Below the pieces are notes generated by a model. That model searched no databases. It worked only from the letters and a program-made list of their open reading frames with translations, and was not told the DNA's origin. A stretch of 64,000 nt of DNA from assembly GCA_017516265.1 (NCBI GenBank), contig JAFXDL010000051.1:3477-67476 (forward strand), in the 5' to 3' direction. The translations under genes were made by a program, and so were the position numbers. Source of the stretch: Bacteroidaceae bacterium. Lineage in GTDB: Bacteria > Bacteroidota > Bacteroidia > Bacteroidales > Bacteroidaceae. Positions 47,422-56,387 of this stretch are shown here, in pieces (within the stretch, counting starts at the first letter, position 1; each line of letters starts with the position of its first letter).

Positions 47422-48759
47422 TTATAACTCTAATCCTTTGCGAGCTGCATCAACATTCATTATTTCGGTCAAAGGAGCTGCCAATTTCTTGAAAACCCTA
47501 TTCAAATCTTTAGTAACCTCTTCCATCTCTACCAAATTATTTTCTGTTGGCTGAGCCATATAATATGAAACAAAATTTTCTACTTTCTCTTTTGCTGAAT
47601 AATATCGGATTGCCTGCAAGAAATAAGGACTATGCGTCGTTATTACAACAGGTACTCCTGATTTATAGATTTGTACTATAACTTTTGCAAACTCAATTTG
47701 CCATTTCGGATGCAAATGATTTTCTGGTTCATCCCAAACAAGTGGTCTGTTCGCATCAATAAACCCACCTTCTAAAAGTATCTGAAGTACACCAAAGCTT
47801 TTTATACCCGAAGCTGTATTGAGTGGCAAAATAGACATATCATCTTTTACGAATACAATCGATTTCCGATTATCATCGTATGAAAATTTGCCTCCAACAA
47901 TATCTGCTGTATCAATCGGATTGTCAAAAAACAATTTAAATTGTCCATCCGACCCCAAGAATGATCGTGAGGCATTCATTTTTTCAACAAAATCCTTTAT
48001 ATGATAAGGGATCATCGGTCTTAAAGGTCGATGACTTTTGTCTATTTCCCTGTATGCACCTGCATACATCAAGGAATCCAATATATGAAGATACAATGGA
48101 GTTTCAACATAAGTAACGTCTTCTAATGTTTCTTCATTTTTATAAGATGATTCAACCGCACCCTTAACAGCTGTATAACTAAAATATGGTTTTGAGCTAT
48201 CATCCGAATAAAGGTTTATAGAAACACTATTACTATCTTCATTGCCAAATTGGTTTAAGAATTCAGATTCCACAAGATAACTAAATTCTGTAAATAAGCT
48301 AGCTGCCCTATTGTCCTTTTCTGTCATGCATATTCCTATAAGATTCAAATCCTTTTTCATTAGGGATTTCATCCGAGGAGTTGCAGTATCCAACCCATCT
48401 ATGAGTTTATTTATATATTGAAGAAATTCATCAATAGACTCAACCTTTTTTAACTCACCTATAAACTCATAAGTATTTCTAGGTAATGGTGATACTTTAC
48501 GATTACTACCTGCAATAGGATATTGGCCAATTCCAACACTCGCCAATCTACGATATAATGATTGTACATGCTTTTCCAACTGCTTTTCTTGCTTCCGAAC
48601 ATTACTGGCCTTTGTATTTACCAAAGACTTTATGACAGAAAAAAGAACACGGCCAACCGTACTTTTACCAGAATCATTTTCACCAACAATGACGGTCAAA
48701 CCATTTAATTTTATATCGGCAGACTTTATTATATTTACGTTCTGTATTTTTAATTCCAT
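47422..48759 (-). CDS. ABC/OLD-type (AAA_15/AAA_21) ATPase
   Basis: Walker A GENDSGKST, signature ASGIKS, Walker B LVWDEPENHLHP and H-loop ITTHSP. ATG 48759 was chosen as start. Confidence 0.88.
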   Translation of the reverse strand: MELKIQNVNIIKSADIKLNGLTVIVGENDSGKSTVGRVLFSVIKSLVNTKASNVRKQEKQLEKHVQSLYRRLASVGIGQYPIAGSNRKVSPLPRNTYEFIGELKKVESIDEFLQYINKLIDGLDTATPRMKSLMKKDLNLIGICMTEKDNRAASLFTEFSYLVESEFLNQFGNEDSNSVSINLYSDDSSKPYFSYTAVKGAVESSYKNEETLEDVTYVETPLYLHILDSLMYAGAYREIDKSHRPLRPMIPYHIKDFVEKMNASRSFLGSDGQFKLFFDNPIDTADIVGGKFSYDDNRKSIVFVKDDMSILPLNTASGIKSFGVLQILLEGGFIDANRPLVWDEPENHLHPKWQIEFAKVIVQIYKSGVPVVITTHSPYFLQAIRYYSAKEKVENFVSYYMAQPTENNLVEMEEVTKDLNRVFKKLAAPLTEIMNVDAARKGLEL

Positions 48760-49157
48760 ACCAAACAAGTATTTGATTTAGCTGCAAAAATACAAACCAT
48801 TTTGCATAAAAGGGAATCTTCACACATTTTTTCACTTAAAATCCATTGTTTTCTTCATTTTTGCCTTAGATTTTGTGAAACTTACACATAAAGTTTATTT
48901 CTCAGTTCATCAGTAAACGCAAGATTGTGTCCTAATCTTATAAAAATATTGAGTTCGATTGAAGTTTGTCTCAAATTATGGGATAAGCTGAATTTTTTTC
49001 AAAAAGACGAAGAAAAAAGTGCTTTTTCGCATACAAAAATAATTATCTTTGCATTACTCACTATTGCATTAAACAAATTTCCAATCATAATAATAAACCT
49101 AATATTTGACCTTGGATAGATGCTCATGGATTAGTCTTTACCGTCCTATCACCGAAA

Positions 49158-50042
49158 CTAATAAGCTATCCCCATCCTGTCCAGCAACTCCTTGTAGCGG
49201 TCTTGGGCCGTCAGGCAGGTGTCCATCAGATAGCCTTTGATGTGGGGCCATTGCTGGAGGCCGCGGTAATAGAACATCTTCAGGTCGTCGGTGATGATGA
49301 AAGGAATTTCTCCCGTGGCCAGGCACTCCTTGAACATCAGCAGGTGTCCTACACGTCCGTTACCATCTTGAAAGGGGTGGATGGCCTCGAAGCTTTGGTG
49401 CAGGTCGATGATGTCCTCCAGTGTTTTCTGCTTCTTTCCGTTGTATGCGGTAAACAGGGCTTTCATTTCTGCGTGCACACGGTCGGGAGGAGTTGTTTCC
49501 ATCCCTCCAACCTCGTTGGGAAGGCGCTTGTAGTCGCCCACGGCAAACCAATCCCGACGGGCATCTGAGGTTCCGCTTTTTAGAGTGTAGTGCAAGTTCT
49601 TGATGAAAGTTTCAGTCAATTTCTCCGTCGCATGGTCAATGATAAGGTCGATGCATCGGAAGTGGTTGGTCGTCTCGATGATGTCGTCCACATTCATGCT
49701 CTCTCCCGTGCTCATGCCGATGGTGTTTGTCTCGAAGATGTAGCGCGTCTGTTCATGCGTAAGGCGGCTTCCCTCCATGTGGTTGGAATTGTAGGTAAGG
49801 TCTATCTGTGTACGGTGGTAGATGCTCCCTTTGATTCTGCTTTCCTTCTGTTGGCGAAGGAGGGTCAGCAAAGGAGGTGTTTTATGGCTCTTCCGTGAGG
49901 GCAGAGTAGCCCCGGCTGGGATATTCCAAGTTTTCCCCATGAGGAAGGCACCCGCAATCTTCCCCGTAGCGCAATAGTTGCGTGCGGTGCGCTCCGATAT
50001 GCCGTACTTTGCGGCAAATTCTCCAACTGAAATATAATCCAT
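49158..50042 (-). CDS. HTH-Fic domain protein
   Basis: N-terminal excisionase-like HTH (ISERTARNYC..GKI.GA..GKTWNIP), YNSNHMEG and Fic motif HPFQDGNGRVGH. Confidence 0.9.
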   Translation of the reverse strand: MDYISVGEFAAKYGISERTARNYCATGKIAGAFLMGKTWNIPAGATLPSRKSHKTPPLLTLLRQQKESRIKGSIYHRTQIDLTYNSNHMEGSRLTHEQTRYIFETNTIGMSTGESMNVDDIIETTNHFRCIDLIIDHATEKLTETFIKNLHYTLKSGTSDARRDWFAVGDYKRLPNEVGGMETTPPDRVHAEMKALFTAYNGKKQKTLEDIIDLHQSFEAIHPFQDGNGRVGHLLMFKECLATGEIPFIITDDLKMFYYRGLQQWPHIKGYLMDTCLTAQDRYKELLDRMGIAY

Positions 50043-50044
50043 AC

Positions 50045-50114
50045 AATTCCTTTATCGGCAAGTTTTCATTCCATTTTCGGGTGCAAATATAGCGATTTTT
50101 GCCGTTATCGGCAA
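50045..50114 (-). promoter_or_regulatory. fic promoter with palindromic operator(s)
   Basis: -7 box TATATTTG (50084-50091, minus) is flanked by TTGCCG-TTAT-CGGCAA (50099-50114) and degenerate TTCCT-TTAT-CGGCAA (50047-50061). Confidence 0.6.
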
Positions 50115-50178
50115 GAATTTGGAAGAAATCCCTTATCTTTGCACCCTCATCCCATCAACATTAAACATATTTCCAATC

Positions 50179-50793
50179 ATGATAAAGAATCTGATATTTG
50201 ACTTCGGGAAGGTGCTTGTCGATTACGATTTCGAGGCTTTCTTCCGCAGATATATTACTGATGAAGAGAGGTGTCGGGCGTTTACACCAGTGCTTCATAA
50301 TGTGGAGGTACAACGGATATTCGACCGTGAGGAGCGCCCGGTGGAAGAAATCATCGAGGAGATTATCTGCCAAAACAGGGAGTTTGAGGCGGAAATCCGC
50401 TTCTTCGATGAGCATTATCCCGAGATTGTGACCAACGAGGTGGAGGGGATGCGCGAATTGCTCATCCGGTTGAAGGCAGAGGGGTACAAGCTCTATGGCC
50501 TCACCAACTGGTGCAGTAAGGTCTATCTCACCATGGCTCAGTTTGAAATCTTCAACCTACTCGACGGGTACATCATCTCCTCTGAAGAGAAGGTCATCAA
50601 GCCCGAAGCGGAAATCTATCACCGTCTCTTCAACAGGTTCAACCTGAAGCCCGAGGAGTGCATCTTTGCGGACGATAGGGCCGAAAACATCGAAGGAGGC
50701 AGGCGAGTGGGCATGGAGGGCATTGTGTTCACTGATGCCCGGCAATACGAACGTGAATTAAGGATTCTTATAAACGGGAGAGGGTCAAAATGA
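50179..50793 (+). CDS. HAD-family phosphatase
   Basis: IFDFGKVL motif I, GLTN, KPE..IY and FADDRAENIEG. Confidence 0.88.
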   Translation: MIKNLIFDFGKVLVDYDFEAFFRRYITDEERCRAFTPVLHNVEVQRIFDREERPVEEIIEEIICQNREFEAEIRFFDEHYPEIVTNEVEGMRELLIRLKAEGYKLYGLTNWCSKVYLTMAQFEIFNLLDGYIISSEEKVIKPEAEIYHRLFNRFNLKPEECIFADDRAENIEGGRRVGMEGIVFTDARQYERELRILINGRGSK

Positions 50794-50947
50794 TGCCTTT
50801 TGTTTTTTTAGGCACGGATTTTTGATACGCCATCTAGCGCCTATTATTTTGAATATCAACAAGCTGCAGTTTCTTTGTGGCTCCTTTTAAAGGGAACGCG
50901 CGTTTCCACGGTGGGGAAAAGCCGTTTCCTCAGTAGGGAAACGACAA

Positions 50948-51226
50948 TCACTCCATATCCCGAATGAAGCGGATGTATTGGATGAACTCGTTGATGACCA
51001 CTCCCAAAGCGATGAAGAAGAGGGCTGCCATGATAATGGAAAAGAGGTTGCACCCCAGGTGCAGGGCCAGGCAGACGAGGAGAAGGAGGAGGAGGGCGAT
51101 GGACTTCTTCTTGGTGAGGGCACGCTTCTTGTCTGTTGATGCTTGAACGGATGAAAGCAGGTTCATCATGTGACTGGTGATGATTTTGCTTGTTGACGGA
51201 CGGCTGATTTCGATGTACGTTTTCAT
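50948..51226 (-). CDS. Small two-TM hypothetical protein, divergent from WYL gene
   Basis: 92-aa ORF with an AT-rich leader, its own -7 box (51271-51278, minus) and two hydrophobic helices. Confidence 0.55.
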   Translation of the reverse strand: MKTYIEISRPSTSKIITSHMMNLLSSVQASTDKKRALTKKKSIALLLLLLVCLALHLGCNLFSIIMAALFFIALGVVINEFIQYIRFIRDME

Positions 51227-51283
51227 GTCTATGATTATTTAATCGTTAATGTTTTTATTGTTTCTGGGTGCAAAATTATCCGC

Positions 51284-51310
51284 AACATGTCTCAAATCGT
51301 GAGGCATGTT
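51284..51310. promoter_or_regulatory. Palindromic operator between WYL gene and divergent gene
   Basis: AACATG-T-CTCA-aatcg-TGAG-G-CATGTT, adjacent to the minus-strand -7 box. Confidence 0.6.
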
Positions 51311-51404
51311 TGAACTTTTTTTGCGAAAAAGAGAAAAAAAATTGTTTTTCACCGGACAAAATCCGTATATTTGTCCGCATATATATAATAAGGTATAGGA
51401 ATCT

Positions 51405-52328
51405 ATGAAAGCATCGGCAACATTCAAAGAATACATCTGGCTGGTGAACACCATACGCAAGGCGGGGAAGATCTCCTTTGCAGAGTTGCAAAAGAAGTGG
51501 CTTGAAACAGAAATGAGTGAGGGGGTAGAGCTGGCACGTGCCACCTTCATCCGTCACAAGGATGCCATCGAGGACATCTTCGGCATCTACATCGAGTGTG
51601 AACGCCGCAACGGGTACACCTACTACATCGGCAACGAGGATGTGCTGGCCGAAGAGTCGGTGCAGAACTGGATGCTATCGACCCTGTCGGTGAGCAACGA
51701 TGTCGGTGAGAGCCTTTCCCTCCAAGACCGCATCTTGCTTGAGTCTATCCCGTCGGAGTATGGACGCCTGGGAGAGATGACAGAGGCCATGAAGAAGCGC
51801 GTGTGCTTGCGGATGACGTACAAGAAGTATGGTAATGCTGAGCCGAAGGTGGTGACACTGGAGCCTTATTGTATCAAGTTGTTCAAGCGCAGGTGGTATG
51901 TCTTCGGCCGGTTGCACGAAGAGGAGGGGGAGAGCTATCGCATCTACTCCTTTGACCGTATCAAGGAGATAGAGCTGACCGACTTGCGTTATGACTTGCC
52001 GACTGATTTCAGTGCCAAAGAACTGTTCAGGGATTACTACGGCATATTGCTGAGCCACGACACGGAGGCGGAGCGCATTGTGGTGAGGGCGTATGACAAC
52101 GAGCGCTTCTATGTGCGCGACCTGCCCATGCACCATAGCCAACGGGAGATTGGGGAAGGAGAGGGGTATGCCGACTTTGAATTGTGGATGCACGCCACAT
52201 CGGACTTCTGTAGCCATGTGTTGAGCCGTAGTAACCAACTACAGGTGCTCGAACCCGCTTGGCTGGTGAAGAAGATTAAAGAGATGTTGCTGGATGCCTT
52301 GGAGAGGTATGGGGGATTTACTGTTTAG
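51405..52328 (+). CDS. WYL-domain transcriptional regulator (wHTH-WYL-WCX)
   Basis: N-terminal wHTH (RATFIRHKDAIEDIFGI), LEPYCIKLFKRRWYVFG, YSFDRI, LPMHHSQ and VLEP. Confidence 0.9.
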   Translation: MKASATFKEYIWLVNTIRKAGKISFAELQKKWLETEMSEGVELARATFIRHKDAIEDIFGIYIECERRNGYTYYIGNEDVLAEESVQNWMLSTLSVSNDVGESLSLQDRILLESIPSEYGRLGEMTEAMKKRVCLRMTYKKYGNAEPKVVTLEPYCIKLFKRRWYVFGRLHEEEGESYRIYSFDRIKEIELTDLRYDLPTDFSAKELFRDYYGILLSHDTEAERIVVRAYDNERFYVRDLPMHHSQREIGEGEGYADFELWMHATSDFCSHVLSRSNQLQVLEPAWLVKKIKEMLLDALERYGGFTV

Positions 52329-52390
52329 GTATTTGCGATTTACAATTTAGGGATTTACTATTTACTATTTATTTACTATTGGGGGATTTT

Positions 52391-53122
52391 TTAGGGAGAT
52401 ACTACCGCCACAAGGCCACTGACAATCATGAGGAGATAGACGAGTTTCTTCAAGAGTGGAAGGCTGATGAGGCGGAAGAGGCGGGCACCCACCCATGCTC
52501 CGATGAAGCATCCGAGGAGACCGAAAGCCCAAAGGGTGAGGGTGGAGTCGGCAAAGAACCCTACCTTCAAGCGGAAAAGGGTGTAGAAGACGTTGAGGGT
52601 GAAGAAGAGGGCTTGCAGGGTGGCCACATACTCGCGCTTGTCACCAATGACTCCAATGGAGTAGAGCACTACGGGAGGGCCGGGCATGGCAAACATGCCA
52701 CCCATGATGCCACTGACGATGCCTACACCGGCTTGGGCAGGGCGCGAGTGGAGGAACAACTTCAACCGTCCGTCGAAGAAGAGGAAGTAGAGTGCTATGA
52801 GGATGAGTGCCACACCGAACGTGCGCTTCATGCCTGCATTGCTGAGGCCGGCCATGTATTCAATGGCTATGTATGAGGCAATGACGTTGAACATCAGTAC
52901 AATGCCTATCAGTCTCCAACGGATGTAGCGCCAATTGCGCAAGGCTATCAGCAGGGAGGTGGTGCCGGCCAACAGGCCCGAGAGGGTGATGCACTCGCCA
53001 AACGTGGGGAGAATGTAAGGGAAGAACATCATGACAAAGATGCCGAAACCAAAACCAGTGACCCGCTGGATGAAACTGGCCACAATGGTGAGGAGAAAGA
53101 CGAGAAAAACGGTTGTCCACAT
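52391..53122 (-). CDS. TauE/SafE (sulfite exporter) family membrane protein
   Basis: TGFGFGI and GGMFAMPGPPVV, with about 8 TM helices. Confidence 0.85.
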   Translation of the reverse strand: MWTTVFLVFLLTIVASFIQRVTGFGFGIFVMMFFPYILPTFGECITLSGLLAGTTSLLIALRNWRYIRWRLIGIVLMFNVIASYIAIEYMAGLSNAGMKRTFGVALILIALYFLFFDGRLKLFLHSRPAQAGVGIVSGIMGGMFAMPGPPVVLYSIGVIGDKREYVATLQALFFTLNVFYTLFRLKVGFFADSTLTLWAFGLLGCFIGAWVGARLFRLISLPLLKKLVYLLMIVSGLVAVVSP

Positions 53123-53221
53123 GATGATTGCTCTTTTTCGAGTGCAAAAGTACTGATTATTTTCGTTTGTTCAGTATAAAATTGTATCTTCGCAACGAAA
53201 TAAACCAAAAAACTTACTCAT

Positions 53222-53923
53222 ATGAAAAGTTGGAAATGGGAGGCCCTTATCATAGCAGGCGGATTGCTGCTGATGGGCAAGTTTGTAGAAAATGGATTGG
53301 ATGGCTTTGCCAACCGTGACCGGGTGGTGAACGTAAAGGGATTGGCCGAAATGGAAGTGTCGGCCAACAAGGTGACATGGCCCTTGATGTACAAGGCTTT
53401 GGGAAATGACCTGCCGGCACTGTACAACCAGATAAACAGTACGAATACGGCTATCGTCAATTTCCTCAAGCAAAAGGGGATTACCGCAGAGGAGATTACG
53501 GTGAATGCGCCCGATATCATTGACTTGGATGCTGAGCGGTATAGCAACAATCAGACGGGGTACCGCTACAATGTGACGGCTGTCATTACCGTCACTTCCA
53601 CACAGGTTGACCTCGTGCGCCGTCTCATCAGCGAGCAGGGCGAACTGTTGAAGCAGGGCATTGCCATCACTGGTGGCGACTATCGCTACAGTGTGCAATA
53701 CGACTACACCGACCTGAACCGCATCAAACCGCAGATGATAGAGGAGGCTACCAAGAATGCACGCGCTGCTGCCGAGAAATTCGCCTCCGATTCGGATAGC
53801 GAACTGGGCAAAATCAAGCATGCCTATCAAGGTCAGTTCTCCATCACCGACCGAGACAGTAACACTCCCTATATAAAAAAGGTGCGCGTAGTGACCACCA
53901 TTGATTATTACTTGGAGGATTAA
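53222..53923 (+). CDS. SIMPL (DUF541) domain protein
   Basis: RVVNVKGLAEMEV.A, KPQMIEEATKNARAAAEKFA, LGKIK.A.QG.FSI and KKVRVV. Confidence 0.88.
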   Translation: MKSWKWEALIIAGGLLLMGKFVENGLDGFANRDRVVNVKGLAEMEVSANKVTWPLMYKALGNDLPALYNQINSTNTAIVNFLKQKGITAEEITVNAPDIIDLDAERYSNNQTGYRYNVTAVITVTSTQVDLVRRLISEQGELLKQGIAITGGDYRYSVQYDYTDLNRIKPQMIEEATKNARAAAEKFASDSDSELGKIKHAYQGQFSITDRDSNTPYIKKVRVVTTIDYYLED

Positions 53924-53927
53924 GTGA

Positions 53928-55283
53928 TTAATCCTCCTTTATCCGAATCAGAGCGTTGGTCAAGATGGCCGTTACCCCTCCTGTCGTGATACCCGATGAG
54001 AATATGTTACGGAGCGTTTCGGGTAATTGCGAAAGGATTTCAGGTACAAGTTCTACACTCAAACCGAAACTGAAGCTGATGGCTATTACCAATGTGGCCT
54101 TGCGGTTGATGTCTTGAGAAGCAATGATGCGGATACCTGCCGCTGCTACCGTACCGAACATCAGCAGGGTGGCTCCACCCAGTACAGGCTCGGGCATCAG
54201 CGAGAAAATGAGACCTACAGCAGGGAATAACCCCAACAATACCAACATGCCCGCAATGAAGTAGCCCACATAACGGCTAGCTACGCCCGTTAGCTGAATC
54301 ATGCCATTGTTTTGGGCAAAAATAGAGTTGGGGAAAGAGTTGAAAATACCGGCAACCATGGAGTTGAAACCATCTGCCAGGATTCCGCCTGATGCACGTC
54401 TCATGAACTTTTCTCCTTCTACCGGTTGGCCGGAAATGAGCGAATTGGCGGTAATGTCGCCGTATGCCTCAATGGCTGTAATCAGATAGACCAGTCCCAA
54501 GGAAATGATGGCCGAAAGGTCAAAAGAAATTCCGTAGCGGAAGGGGACAGGAATGTTCAGATTGCCGTAGTTCTGGATGTCGGAGAAGTTCACCATGCCC
54601 ATAGCCCACGATACAGCATAGCCCACTAACAGGCCGATGACGATGGAACTCATACGCAGATATTGATTGTTGCTGCGGTTGAAGAAGATAATCAGTGTAA
54701 GCACGAGTGCCGACAATCCTACGTATTCCAACGAACCGAAAGTGCCGGCAGCTTTGGCCGTTTCACCGCCTCCACAAGCCGTGATGCCGACCCTTATCAG
54801 ACTCAAGCCGATTAAGGTCACAACAATACCTGATACCAAGGGGGTTATGATACGGCGCATATATTTCAGCACGCGGCTGACAAGCATTTCCACCACCGAG
54901 CCGATGATGGTTGCACCGAATATGGCAGGAAGTTCACCTGCTAATCCTGCAGAAATGATGGGGCCGATGAATGAGAAACTGGTGCCCTGTACGCAGAGCA
55001 GGCCGCAGCCTACCGGGCCTATCTTGCGGCATTGGACAAAGGTGGCCAATCCTGAAACGAACAGGGACATAGAAACCAAGAAGCCTGTAGTCTCCAAATC
55101 CAGATTCAAAGCTCCTGCAATGATGAGCGGGGGTGTGATGATGGCTACAAAGATGGCTAACAGATGTTGCAAAGCTGCAAACAATGTGTCGCGAAGGGGA
55201 GGACGTGCCTCAAGTCCGTAAATCAACCCTTGTGGTGTATCGTTCACCTGTTCTTCTGTCTGGATGTTTTCCATAGCAATCAA
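53928..55283 (-). CDS. NCS2 xanthine permease
   Basis: ALQH, GTSFSF, NAT motif FAQNNG..QLTGVAS and [12 protein letters not shown]. It overlaps the xpt stop. The start could be 55274. Confidence 0.92.
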   Translation of the reverse strand: MIAMENIQTEEQVNDTPQGLIYGLEARPPLRDTLFAALQHLLAIFVAIITPPLIIAGALNLDLETTGFLVSMSLFVSGLATFVQCRKIGPVGCGLLCVQGTSFSFIGPIISAGLAGELPAIFGATIIGSVVEMLVSRVLKYMRRIITPLVSGIVVTLIGLSLIRVGITACGGGETAKAAGTFGSLEYVGLSALVLTLIIFFNRSNNQYLRMSSIVIGLLVGYAVSWAMGMVNFSDIQNYGNLNIPVPFRYGISFDLSAIISLGLVYLITAIEAYGDITANSLISGQPVEGEKFMRRASGGILADGFNSMVAGIFNSFPNSIFAQNNGMIQLTGVASRYVGYFIAGMLVLLGLFPAVGLIFSLMPEPVLGGATLLMFGTVAAAGIRIIASQDINRKATLVIAISFSFGLSVELVPEILSQLPETLRNIFSSGITTGGVTAILTNALIRIKED

Positions 55284-55852
55284 TCCTCCTTTAGCTTAAT
55301 GGTACAGTTGTCCAGACTCTCAATGATGGCCAATGACTCCACGTGGATGCCTGTCTGACGAAGCAGCTCTCCACCTTTTTGGAAAGCTTTCTCTATCAGA
55401 AATCCCATGCCTACCATCTCGGCACCTGCCTGGTTTACCAGGTCAATCATGCCCTTTCCTGCATTGCCATTGGCAAGAAAGTCATCGATGAAGAGTACCT
55501 TGTCGCCAGGTTGCAGATAGTCCTTGCTGACACACACCGTATAGCTTTGGTTTTTGGTGAACGAGAATACCTCTGTCACCAGCATGTTTTCCATTGTGTT
55601 GGGCTTGCGTTTCTTGGCAAACACCACAGGAAGCTCCAGCAGGTAGCCAACCATGATGGCAGGGGCAATGCCGCTGGCCTCTACGGTCAATACCTTATTT
55701 ATTTTTGTACTGGCAAAACGGCGGACAAATTCTACAGCCATTGACTTCATCAGGATGGGGTCCATCTGATGGTTTATGAAATTATCTACTTTCAATATTC
55801 CTCCGGGAAAACAGCGCCCGTCTTTCAAAATTCTTTCTTTTAATGCTTTCAT
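55280..55852 (-). CDS. xpt: Xanthine phosphoribosyltransferase
   Basis: [36 protein letters not shown] and IEKAFQ. Confidence 0.95.
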   Translation of the reverse strand: MKALKERILKDGRCFPGGILKVDNFINHQMDPILMKSMAVEFVRRFASTKINKVLTVEASGIAPAIMVGYLLELPVVFAKKRKPNTMENMLVTEVFSFTKNQSYTVCVSKDYLQPGDKVLFIDDFLANGNAGKGMIDLVNQAGAEMVGMGFLIEKAFQKGGELLRQTGIHVESLAIIESLDNCTIKLKED

Positions 55853-56062
55853 TGTTATTATTCTTAGCATCTAATATTCGTAATGGAGAGACAAAAGTAC
55901 GACATTTTAATTGTTCTTGGATATCTTTAGCAAAAGATTTTATGAAATTCTTTCATTTTTGCTGATTATAGACCATGAAATATGTCTGTATCCTCTGAAA
56001 TCAAGGGAAAGCGGGCTATGATTCGATTGGGAAAAATGGTGGTTCAGTTCCTCTATGGACAT

Positions 56063-56126
56063 AAAAAAAGGGTCAACGCCTTGACCCAACCTTTATTAAC
56101 CTTAAATCTAATACCATGAAAAACTT
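56063..56126 (-). ncRNA. Candidate ~65-nt sRNA antisense to a translation-start-like sequence
   Basis: -7 box TACCTTTG (56131-56138), body TTTTTCATGGTATTAGATTTAAGGTTAATAAAGG, terminator GGGTCAA/TTGACCC plus T7. Confidence 0.65.
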
Positions 56127-56283
56127 GATGCAAAGGTACGGCCTTTTTCTGAATCTGCAAGCATTCACTCCGCTTTTTTATGTTATATAACATATTTCTT
56201 GATATATGTCAAGGGAAATAATGTGAGTCGATATAAGAAAATCAATAGCAGAAGTGATAAACGAAGTGGAGAGGTGAAATAGA

Positions 56284-56371
56284 TTTAGGCACGGATTACG
56301 CGGATAAATTACACCCTTTGGGTATAAAACGGGAATATAAATCCGTGTAATCCGTGAAATCCGCGCCTAAA
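56284..56371. repeat. TTTAGGCACGGAT inverted-repeat element
   Basis: TTTAGGCACGGATTACGCGGAT ... ATCCGTGAAATCCGCGCCTAAA, the same family as 2060-2427. Confidence 0.8.
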
Positions 56372-56387
56372 AAAACAAATGGTGTCT

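Larger units (their letters stand above)
43400..49130. mobile_element. AT-rich horizontally acquired island (no integrase visible)
   Basis: Abrupt shift from the GC-rich lon/tgt/lptF-G block to AT-rich sequence. All five genes are accessory and on the minus strand. Boundaries are approximate. Confidence 0.6.

Noticed and set aside
43400-50100. Island as an intact prophage, ICE or IS
   Set aside because: No integrase, transposase, relaxase, phage structural gene or tRNA target is visible.
52379-52876. Acidic 165-aa plus-strand ORF
   Set aside because: It is the antisense shadow of the hydrophobic TauE/SafE gene.
55853-56060. Purine riboswitch upstream of xpt-permease
   Set aside because: The -7 box (~55892-55899) is only ~40 nt from the start codon, and no purine aptamer consensus is visible.
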